In this document: piece by piece, positions 36,501 through 44,100 of the stretch
Layout: each line of letters begins with the position of its first letter
How positions within the stretch are numbered: the stretch's first letter is position 1
Assembly (NCBI GenBank): GCA_022711465.1
Contig: JAKLEZ010000024.1
Location: forward strand, 17,938 to 81,937
DNA from: Planctomycetota bacterium
GTDB lineage: Bacteria > Planctomycetota > Phycisphaerae > UBA1845 > PWPN01
DNA: 64,000 nucleotides
Direction of reading: 5' to 3'
The notes under the pieces: model-generated
Told to the model about the DNA's origin: nothing
Seen by the model: the letters and a program-made list of their open reading frames with translations, nothing else
The model's database searches: none
Made by a program: the position numbers and the translations under genes

Positions 36501-37030
36501 ACTACCTGAACAACGGGAACTGGGAGAACTTCATGCCCGTTGCCGACACGGCCGAGATCATTGGCCAGTGGTTCCACTATGAGGCGATTATCGATGTCGG
36601 CGCCAGAACGGTGGACCTGACCCTTACTCGTCTGATGACGCCGGCGCCTCTGTCGGCGCACATCGTCGGCAGTTACCAGACCGCGCCCGGCGAGAATCCG
36701 CTCGATGCCGACATCGCCAACTACCATGGCATCGACATCTTCCAGTCGAGCGGTGCCGCGGTCAGCGAGGTATTGGTCGATAACGTGACCGTGGAGGTTC
36801 TCGGCGGATGCCCGCGGCCGTTTGCCGATGCCGATGGTGACAGCGACGTGGACCAGGTGGACTTTGGCATTTTGCAGGCGTGTTTCACCGGTGCCGAGGG
36901 TGGAGTTGCTGACGCGTGCAAGTGTCTGGACTGGAACAAGGACAATGCGATTGGAGGGGTCGACCTGAACAAGTTCAGCGCGTGCTTCAGCGGTCCGGCG
37001 ATCCAGGCGGACCCGTCTTGTGCAGACTGA
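33509..37030 (+). CDS. Giant secreted multidomain protein: jelly-roll-like N-domain, 3x Cys-rich PPC-like modules, 2x unnamed ~230-aa domain, C-terminal dockerin-like module
   Basis: ATG 33509 after ggagg. Signal peptide MRRYLISAGVVLGAILCLGSASWA. Internal repeats are described in the findings. C-terminal DADGDSDVDQVDFGILQACFTG...CKCLDWNKDNAIGGVDLNKFSACFSGPAIQADPSC. Confidence 0.85.
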   Translation: MRRYLISAGVVLGAILCLGSASWATQITVNGVTSLFDDYEAPDVLGLPPVANIGTWTVRGGTVQEVTPPGAYQGSQFLAMFNADSPILHKLNPVGSGTGTVIRLDTMVFLPPAAQGQEAWYQMVWYDTSGTTVGADNSPIHTAIIGDQLRYCEGGSAYSTSGVPVAYGVWQHWVIEYTVGSGQFTATVDGASMTMGLNARSSDVGIGYVQFFANSAAGSNPILFDAAVSQGTNDTCTNAFSLGDGLIAGSTAGATPDGTASCGSSDSGPDVWYVYTATCNGQLTIDSCGSDFDTVVSVHADGCPGTAATQLAGGCSDDCPGTPCGGTASCVTVAVTNGTRYLVRVAGKGGASGAFTLNASVVCESECPGFPQNFDTNEVGSAACWFGGQRWFDPTPGATVAVTDTDFVSFPRSLMVTGSGTNMMAWRAYETVSSNGTDPISVSFDFKVNNYAENIAFSPFAFNKVLWGAAGTPHADAFGWPVNTNYEPTGLFSYVDAVAGSITMFAKDRADLNGQWIRWEGTLYPATRKADVVVEVMTGPAAGTSGGVIGKDFQWDVANDYYGQAMDEIRGSVFFTPGGSTFGPDDQVLIDNYDVRVGPPATPTLPVNDLCADVLTIGNGKTYGRTLGATQDGDASCGNTSGSPDVWYRYTATCTGDLIIKGCGSGFDVVISVHSDTCPGTAANQLASGCAQGCATGLCDQFQPCLSVPVVESTSYLIRVAGVDGQSGFFGLDLFCFAPILNDTCESATTITEGTVSGTTMMAAVDGDASCGSSGSSPDVFYAFTPAATGTYTIGVCPKSAFTPVLSIHSGCPAALGNELACTSGSAGASLVLSLTASTTYIIRVSGESGTSGDFDLSVVAGGGLAALPLSQGFESDTVGAAAGWETGYPTITSSACGGSTVTVIDTEASPNDGGSRSLHWLEPAGDGRSALVRRWEPLPSAATGKLRVAYDFKIVQHSVSGLSFIVSGWDPNGALNLNLFAMRFDPDSGDGLSIGMNYLNNGNWENFMPVADTAEIIGQWFHYEAIIDVGARTVDLTLTRLMTPAPLSAHIVGSYQTAPGENPLDADIANYHGIDIFQSSGAAVSEVLVDNVTVEVLGGCPRPFADADGDSDVDQVDFGILQACFTGAEGGVADACKCLDWNKDNAIGGVDLNKFSACFSGPAIQADPSCAD
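34204..36090 (+). repeat. Three copies of a ~125-aa Cys-rich module (PPC/pre-peptidase-C-terminal-like) at protein level
   Basis: The copies start NDTCTNAFSLGDG, NDLCADVLTIGNG, NDTCESATTITEG. They share ASCGxSxSxPDVWY.YTA.C.G.L.I..CGS.FD.V.SVH...CPGTAA.QLA.GC and YL(I/V)RVAG..G.SG.F. Approximate ranges are 34204-34600, 35329-35720 and 35731-36090. Copy 1 is separated from copy 2 by one copy of the ~230-aa domain. Confidence 0.7.
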
Positions 37031-37137
37031 TCGATGGTGCCGAGCGACACCGCTTGCCGGCGCGTGGCCGGTGGAAAGACGGCTGTCGCATGTTGAGGAG
37101 GGACCGGTCGAGCCGGTCCGGAAAGCGGGAGAGAGAC

Positions 37138-37968
37138 ATGAGAGCAAGAACAACTCTGGTGTGGGTGTGCGGCGTGATGGGTGTCCTGGCTGGCGTGGCC
37201 TTCGGGCAGACCTTCTCGCAGAGCTTCGAGAGCGACGCGGTCGGTTCGGCAGCCGGCTGGAGCGGCGGGCAGCGTTGGTTCGATCCGACGCCGGGCGCGG
37301 TCGCGGCGGTGACCAGCACGGATTCCGTATCCCCGTCGAACAGTCTCAGTGTGACGGATCCGAACGGGACCGGTTTCTTCGTCTGGCGAGACTATGGTGG
37401 GCTCTCCTCGGACGGTGTCCAGGACATCACCGTGTCGTTCGATATGAAGGTGAGCAACTACGGCGACAATATCGCCGTCAGCCCGTTCGCGTACAACTCC
37501 TCGGTCTGGGGCGGTGATACGGGGGGTTCCGGCGGCTTCGGCTGGCCGGTCAACACCAACCTGACCGTCGAGAACATCTTCAGCTACTATGACGAGAACG
37601 CCGGTTCGATCACGATGCTGGACAGCACGGTCGTCGGCGACCTCCGAGGACAGTGGATTCACTGGTCCGGCACGGTGCATCCGGTCGCTCGCACGGCCGA
37701 TGTCGCCGTGACCCTGCTGACCGGTCCCTCGGCCGGTGCGACCGGCAGCGTCACGGGTGCGCAATTCCAGTACGGCGTGGCTTCCGACTATTACGGTGGA
37801 GCCATGGACGCTCTGCGCGGCCTGGTGATCTTCAACCCTGCGTCTGCTTCATTCAGCGGTGGCGAGCTCCTGATCGACAATCTGAGAGTGGTTGTGCCCG
37901 AGCCCGCTTCACTGGCTCTGCTCGGTCTGGGTGGCCTTGCTTTGATCGGCCGGCGGCGGAGCCGGTGA
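37138..37968 (+). CDS. PEP-CTERM-anchored protein consisting of a single copy of the unnamed ~230-aa domain
   Basis: ATG 37138. Signal peptide MRARTTLVWVCGVMGVLAGVAFG. The domain runs QSFESDAVGSAAGWSGGQRWFDPTPG...LLIDNLRVVV. C-terminal VPEPASLALLGLGGLALIGRRRSR is a textbook PEP-CTERM sorting signal. Confidence 0.8.
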   Translation: MRARTTLVWVCGVMGVLAGVAFGQTFSQSFESDAVGSAAGWSGGQRWFDPTPGAVAAVTSTDSVSPSNSLSVTDPNGTGFFVWRDYGGLSSDGVQDITVSFDMKVSNYGDNIAVSPFAYNSSVWGGDTGGSGGFGWPVNTNLTVENIFSYYDENAGSITMLDSTVVGDLRGQWIHWSGTVHPVARTADVAVTLLTGPSAGATGSVTGAQFQYGVASDYYGGAMDALRGLVIFNPASASFSGGELLIDNLRVVVPEPASLALLGLGGLALIGRRRSR

Positions 37969-37995
37969 GGACTCTCGGTTTTCTCTTGCAGGGGG

Positions 37996-40900
37996 GTGTT
38001 CGTGCAGCACATGGGCGACAGGGCGGTTGCATGGCTCGGTCTGGCTCTGGGCTTGTTGTTGATCTCGTCGCCGGATGAAGCCCGCGCTGCCCGGCAGCTT
38101 GGTGACCTGAGCGGGTCGTGGCAGTTGTTCGCCGACGATTACCTCGTTGCCCGTAAGCAGAACGTCACCCGCTCGTATCACGCTTTCCAGAAGCTCCCAG
38201 GGCCGGTCATGGTGGCCGACCGGCCCTGGGAGTCGAATAACGTGTACCTTTACGGTACCGTGCTTCCTGCCGAGAGCGGCTCCGGCTACCGCATGTGGTA
38301 CCACTGCTACGATTACGCCGCCAGCACGTACCGGATGCTGTACGCGGTGAGCTCAGACGGCCTGGCGTGGCAGAAGCCGGACCTCAGCCTGGTCAGCTAC
38401 AACGGTTCCACCGCCAACAACATCTTCCTTCGCCGCACGACCGAGGACCACACGCCCCAGATCATCCACACGCCCTGGGAGTCCGATTCCGCGCGCCGCT
38501 ACAAGATGGTCAACTTCGACTACGGCCGCACGCCCCCGGATCACACGGTCAGCGGCTACTGGGGGGCCTGGTCGTCGGACGGGATCCACTTCACCGCGGC
38601 GCCGGCCAACCCGGTACTGCCGGATCCCGGCGACGTCGGCAACTTTGTCTGGGATCCGCTGACCCGGCGATACGTGGGGTTCCCCAAGAAGTTCGCGGAT
38701 GTGCGTGGTTTTCGGCGACGGTGTGTCGGCCGCTCCGCGACCACCGTGTTCGAGCAATGGCCGGTCTCACAGATGTGCCTGGTGCCCGACGAATACGACG
38801 ATCGTTGGGTGACCGAAGGGGGTCAGCACACGGATTTCTACGGACTCAGCGGTTTTGTGTACGAGTCGATGTACATCGGTTTCCTGTGGGTTTTCCGCAT
38901 CGCCGACGGCGACAACGACGGCCCGATCTTCGTTGAGCTGGTCACCAGTCACGACGGCGTGACCTGGCTTCGTCAGGAGCAGCCGCGGACGCCGATTCTC
39001 CCGCTCGGTCCGGAGGGTGCCTGGGACAGCGGTATGATCTTCACGCCCAATCACCCGCTGGTCGAGAACGGCACGATCAAGCTTTACTACGGGGGATGGA
39101 ACATCACTCACAACGCCGGCGGCGGAGGGGGGGCGATCGGCCTGGCCACTCTCCGAAAGGACGGCTTCGCTTCGCTTGATGCAGACAGCGCGATCGGCAC
39201 CGTCACGACGTGCGAGCTGAGGAATGCTTCCGGCCAGCTCCACGTCAACTGCAACGCCTCTGGAGGTTGGCTTGCAGTCGAAGTGCTCGATCAGAACAAT
39301 CAGGTGATTCCGGGCTACAACCAGGCGAGCTGTAACCTCATTCAGACCGACAGCGTCGATCGAACCGTGACCTGGGGTCTGGTGAGCACACTGCCGGCCG
39401 TTGAACCGATTCGTCTGCGGTTCGTCTTCAAGAACGCATCGCTGTATTCGTTCCGAGCCGGTGATGCGATCGAGGCCGCTGATGCCGGACCGGGGGCCAT
39501 CTACACCTTCGAGGGTGACAGCGGGACCACCGCCGCCGACAAGCTCACCACCGACGGCGTACAGGCTGCCGAGTTCCAAGGCTCGGTCTTGGTGGTTGCC
39601 GATCGAGCCCGATCGGCGTTCGGCAACTCATCAGCGGCCTTTGCCGGCGACGGATCAGCGGTGGACACAATCGAGATCGAGCGCACATTCGACCTCGGTC
39701 GGCAGTTCACGTTGGCCGCCATGGTCAAACCAGCCGACAATCGCCTGACCCGGTTGTTCAGCTCCTATCTTGGCAGTGGCTCCGCCTCGTCGAACGATCT
39801 GATTTTCGATTTCGACCCGACGGGGACAGCCATCACGGGTTTGCGCTGCATAGTCCAGGGAATGTCGATCCAATCCCAGCAATGGGCTTTCGCTGACGGC
39901 GCCTATCACCATCTGGCCATGACCTACAATGACGGAGCCGTGAGTCTGTATCTCGACGGTGATTCGGTAGGCGCCGGCACGGTGCCGGCGGGGGCGGTGT
40001 GGCTGACGCGGAATCTCCGCTTCGGGCAGGACACCGAGGGTGCTCCGATCTTGAACCAGGCTTTCGACAGCGATGCTTTGGGATCGGCTGCCGGCTGGCA
40101 AAGCGTGGCCAAGTGGTTCGGAGGGGCGGCCGGCACGGTCGCGGTCGCGGATTCCGACGCCGTGTCCGCGCCGAACGGCTTGAACTGGCAGGGCGACGGT
40201 TCGGACTGCCAACTGATTCGTCCGTGGGGCTTCGCCTCGGACGGGGCCAGTCCCGTCACCGTGTCATTCGACTTCAAGGCGGTCAGTCGCGGCAACTGGG
40301 TGGGCATGAGCCCGTTCGTCTATCGAGCCGAGTGGGGCGGCACGGTGAACGGGGCGTACGGCTGGCCTGTGCTGCTCTACCTGTACTTGGCGGACACCTC
40401 GACGCTTGCGGCCGGGTTCAATTACTACGAGGACGGCACCGGCTGGGTCAGCGTGTTCAAAGCTCCTGCCGACCAGCTGGTTGGCAGCTGGTTCCGGATC
40501 AGCTCGACGCTGTACCCAAGCAGCCAGACGGTAGGCGTGACCGTAACGCAACTCACCGGCCTGGGCGCGGGTGCGAGCGGATGTTTGGCCGGCCGGCATT
40601 TCCAGTACGGCTACGTCACCGAACCCGGCTGGTACACGCCCGCTCTGGACGATTTGCGGGGCAGCCAGTTCTATGCGTGGGGCTTCCAGCCCGGCGAGAG
40701 CATTCTGCTCGACAACTTCAGCGTACGGGTCGGCGGCAGCGGATCGAGCCAGGGTCAGAGCCAGATCCAGTCCACTCAGTTTCGCGGCAACGCCGACGAC
40801 ATCGTTGTCATCAAGCGAGTTCTTTCGGCGAGCGAGATTGCGGCCGCGGCCACGCTAGGTATCGCCCGGCTGTATGATCTCTCGAACCTCCCGGATTTCG

Positions 40901-41100
40901 ACGGCGATGGCGATGTTGACCAGTCCGACTTCGGTACGTTCCAAACCTGTATGACCGGCGCGGACACTGCGCAGACCGACCTGGCCTGCGCCCCGGCGCG
41001 TCTGGATGACGATGCCGACGTGGACGCGGCCGATCTGGCGATCTTTCTGGCGTGCATGAGCGGGGACGGAATCCCCGCCGATCCAAACTGCGATCGATGA
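37996..41100 (+). CDS. Secreted glycoside-hydrolase-like protein: five-bladed-propeller-like N-domain + beta-sandwich + LamG-like domain interrupted by the ~230-aa domain + dockerin-like C-terminus
   Basis: 1034 aa (GTG 37996 or ATG 38011). Signal peptide AVAWLGLALGLLLISSPDEARA. Propeller-like block (WQLFADDYLV, DRPWESNNVYLYGTVL, YRMWYH, SSDGLAWQKPDL, SSDGIHF, TSHDGVTW, KLYYGG, LRKDGFASLDA). LamG-like (FTLAAMVKP, IFDFDP, YHHLAMTYNDGAVSLYLDG). C-terminal DFDGDGDVDQSDFGTFQTCMTG...DADVDAADLAIFLACMSGDGIPADPNC. Confidence 0.8.
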   Translation: MFVQHMGDRAVAWLGLALGLLLISSPDEARAARQLGDLSGSWQLFADDYLVARKQNVTRSYHAFQKLPGPVMVADRPWESNNVYLYGTVLPAESGSGYRMWYHCYDYAASTYRMLYAVSSDGLAWQKPDLSLVSYNGSTANNIFLRRTTEDHTPQIIHTPWESDSARRYKMVNFDYGRTPPDHTVSGYWGAWSSDGIHFTAAPANPVLPDPGDVGNFVWDPLTRRYVGFPKKFADVRGFRRRCVGRSATTVFEQWPVSQMCLVPDEYDDRWVTEGGQHTDFYGLSGFVYESMYIGFLWVFRIADGDNDGPIFVELVTSHDGVTWLRQEQPRTPILPLGPEGAWDSGMIFTPNHPLVENGTIKLYYGGWNITHNAGGGGGAIGLATLRKDGFASLDADSAIGTVTTCELRNASGQLHVNCNASGGWLAVEVLDQNNQVIPGYNQASCNLIQTDSVDRTVTWGLVSTLPAVEPIRLRFVFKNASLYSFRAGDAIEAADAGPGAIYTFEGDSGTTAADKLTTDGVQAAEFQGSVLVVADRARSAFGNSSAAFAGDGSAVDTIEIERTFDLGRQFTLAAMVKPADNRLTRLFSSYLGSGSASSNDLIFDFDPTGTAITGLRCIVQGMSIQSQQWAFADGAYHHLAMTYNDGAVSLYLDGDSVGAGTVPAGAVWLTRNLRFGQDTEGAPILNQAFDSDALGSAAGWQSVAKWFGGAAGTVAVADSDAVSAPNGLNWQGDGSDCQLIRPWGFASDGASPVTVSFDFKAVSRGNWVGMSPFVYRAEWGGTVNGAYGWPVLLYLYLADTSTLAAGFNYYEDGTGWVSVFKAPADQLVGSWFRISSTLYPSSQTVGVTVTQLTGLGAGASGCLAGRHFQYGYVTEPGWYTPALDDLRGSQFYAWGFQPGESILLDNFSVRVGGSGSSQGQSQIQSTQFRGNADDIVVIKRVLSASEIAAAATLGIARLYDLSNLPDFDGDGDVDQSDFGTFQTCMTGADTAQTDLACAPARLDDDADVDAADLAIFLACMSGDGIPADPNCDR

Positions 41101-41113
41101 GGTGATTCAAGGG

Positions 41114-44100
41114 ATGAATCCGACACGTATTCGGCGAATCGGGCTCGGTTTCGCTGCGGGGCTGCTTCTCAGCGCGCATGGCGTGTTCGCGGAGCTGGTC
41201 TCCCGCTCATTGAACGACCTGAGCGGTCCGTGGCAGTTGTTCATCGACGACTGGCTTGTTGCCGAGAAGTCGGGTCTTCAGAAGACTTGGCATGCCTTCG
41301 AGAAGTACGCGGCCAACCCGGTCCTGGCCGCCGATCGACCGTGGGAGGGCTCGGTCGTCTATCTCTACGGGACGGTGCTGCCTGCGGAGAAGGGCCCCGG
41401 CTACCGCATGTGGTATCATTCCTGGGCGGAGGGGGAATACCGCAAGCTGTATGCGACCAGCTCCGACGGTTTGAAATGGGAGAAGCCCGAGCTTGGCCTG
41501 GTGGACTACAAGGGTTCGGCCAAGAACAACCTGTTCCTGAAGCGTTCCCACGAGGATCACTCGCCGCAGGTCATTCACACGCCGGCCGACCCCGACCCGC
41601 TGCGGCAGTACAAGCTCGTCACCTACGAGTACGGCCGCACGCCGCCGAAGTACACGGTCAGCGGGTACCTCGGAGCCTGCTCCCCCGACGGCATTCGCTG
41701 GACGGATGTGCCGCGTTATCCCGTCCTGCGCGATCCCGGCGACGTGGGCAACTTCACCTGGGATCCGTTTAACGGGCGTTACATTGGGTACCCGAAGAAG
41801 TTCACCGAAGTCCGCGGTTACCGCCGGCGATGCGTGGGTTTCTCCGAGACGAACGTGTTCGACTCCTGGCCGCTTGCCCGGCTTGTGCTCGTGCCCGATG
41901 AGTTTGACGATCGCTGGGTGAAGAGCCCCGGGCAACACACTGACTTCTATGGCCTGAGTGCGTTTGCCTACGAGTCCATGTACCTCGGTTTCCTTTGGGT
42001 TTTTCGGATCACCGACGGCGATAACGATGGTCCGATCTTCGTGGAGATGGTCACCAGCCGCGACGGCGTGAACTGGACCCGCCAGGACGAACCGCGGACG
42101 CCGGTCTTGCCGACCGGACCCAAAGGGGCCTGGGATTGCGGCATGGTCTTCACACCCAACCACCCGCTGGTTGAGGGTGACAAGGTCAGGCTCTACTATG
42201 GCGGCTTCGACGTCACCCACGGCGCCGACGGCAGAGGAGCGATCGGCCTGGCGGTGCTCCGCAAGGACGGCTTCGCGTCGCTCGACGCCGGCGCGAACGC
42301 CGGTACGGTGACAACGCACCCGCTGGTCGGCGTACGGGGTCCCCTGCGCGTGAACTACCGTGCCGTGCGCGGCTCCCTCAAGGTCGAGATTGTCGACGGC
42401 CAGGGTCGGCCGTTGGCCGGCTACTCTCGCCAGGAGTGCGATTCGTTGACCACTGACAGTGTCGACCAGGAGGTCACGTGGAAGGGTTCGAACCACCTGC
42501 CGGATGGGCAGGGTGCGATACAACTGCGATTCGTGCTTCAGGATGCGTCGCTGTACTCCTTCTGCGCCGGAGAGAACCTCCAGGTTGCTCGGCCCGACCA
42601 TGGTATTCTGTACACTTTCGAGGGCGACAAGGGACAGGCCGTCAAGGATCATCTGCGTGCCGATGGATCGCAGGACGGCCGGGTTCGCGGCCTTGCCGGA
42701 GTGGACAGCGGCCCGACGCAAGCTGCCTTTGGTGAAGCCGGCTTTCGTATTCCCGAGACGGTCACCGAACTGAGCACCATCGAACTGCCCGGCACCAACC
42801 AGTTGGGTACGTCCTTCACGCTGGCCGCGATGGTCAAGCCGGCGGCTCCCGGTTTCGCGAGGTTGTTCAGCAACTATCGAGGCAGCGGGCCGCCGTGGAC
42901 CAGCGAACTCATTTTTGACATCGACCCTAGCGGCAAGACCATCGCCGGCCTGCGGGGGGTGATCAATGGCGGGGAGGTGCAGTCTGGAACGGGCTCGTTT
43001 GACGCCGGCCGCTATCACCATGTTGCACTGACCTATTCGGACGGCGAGACCGTTCTGTATCTCGACGGCGGGGAGGTCGGGCGTGGCGAAGTACCCGCCG
43101 GTCCGGTTCTGCTGGGGACTAACATGCGGATCGGGGAGGACCTGGGTGGAGTGGTCAACGAGCAATTCACCGGTTCGGTCGATGATGTGCTCGTCCTGCG
43201 GCGAGCGCTGACCTCAAGCGAAATCGGCACCCTGGCCAAGAACGGTGCACGGGCTTTCGTGGATGCAGGTCGGAGCGGCACCTGGCCGGTGCGCCCCGCC
43301 CGTGCCGCGATACCGATGGAGGCAAACGCCTTACCCCGCACCTGCAGCATCGGATCGCGTCTGGAGCTGTTCGTGGACCGTTTTCTGATCGAGAGGCTGG
43401 AAGGCACTGAGCTCCGCCTTCACCATCCTCAGTCCGCCGGCGTCGTGTTCCATTTCGACAGGCCTTGGGAGGGCATTGTCAGCGGGTATGTGACGGTCAT
43501 CAAGGACGCCGACCTGTACCGCATGTACTACCGTGGACGGCCCACGACCAGCCAGGCCGATGCCAGCTCCGAGGCCCAGGAGGTTGCCTGCTATGCCGAG
43601 AGCAGGGACGGTGTCACCTGGACGCGGCCGGATCTGGGACTGCTCGAGGTCGCCGGCACACGCCACAATAATGTCATTCTCACCGAGCCGAAGACCGTGA
43701 CCCACAACTTCTGCCCGTTCATTGACGCTCGCCCGGGCGTGCCCGAGGCCGAACGATTCAAGGCGGTCGGCGGCACAGGTTCCGGAGGTTTGTTCGGTTT
43801 CGTCTCCGGCGACGGCATCCACTGGAAGCCGGTGGCGCCGAAGGCACTCATCACCCGCGGCGAGTTCGATTCCCAGAACGTGGCCTTCTGGTCGCCTTCC
43901 GAGCAGCTCTACCTGTGCTATTACCGCACCTGGCGACGTGAGCGGCGCTGGATCAGTCGCACGACCTCCAAGGATTTTCTCCACTGGACCGCTCCGGTGG
44001 ACATGGACTATGGCGACACGCCGCCCGAGCACCTCTACACCAATCAAACGCATCCGTATTTTCGGGCTCCGCACCTCTATGTCTCGGTGGCCGCTCGCTT

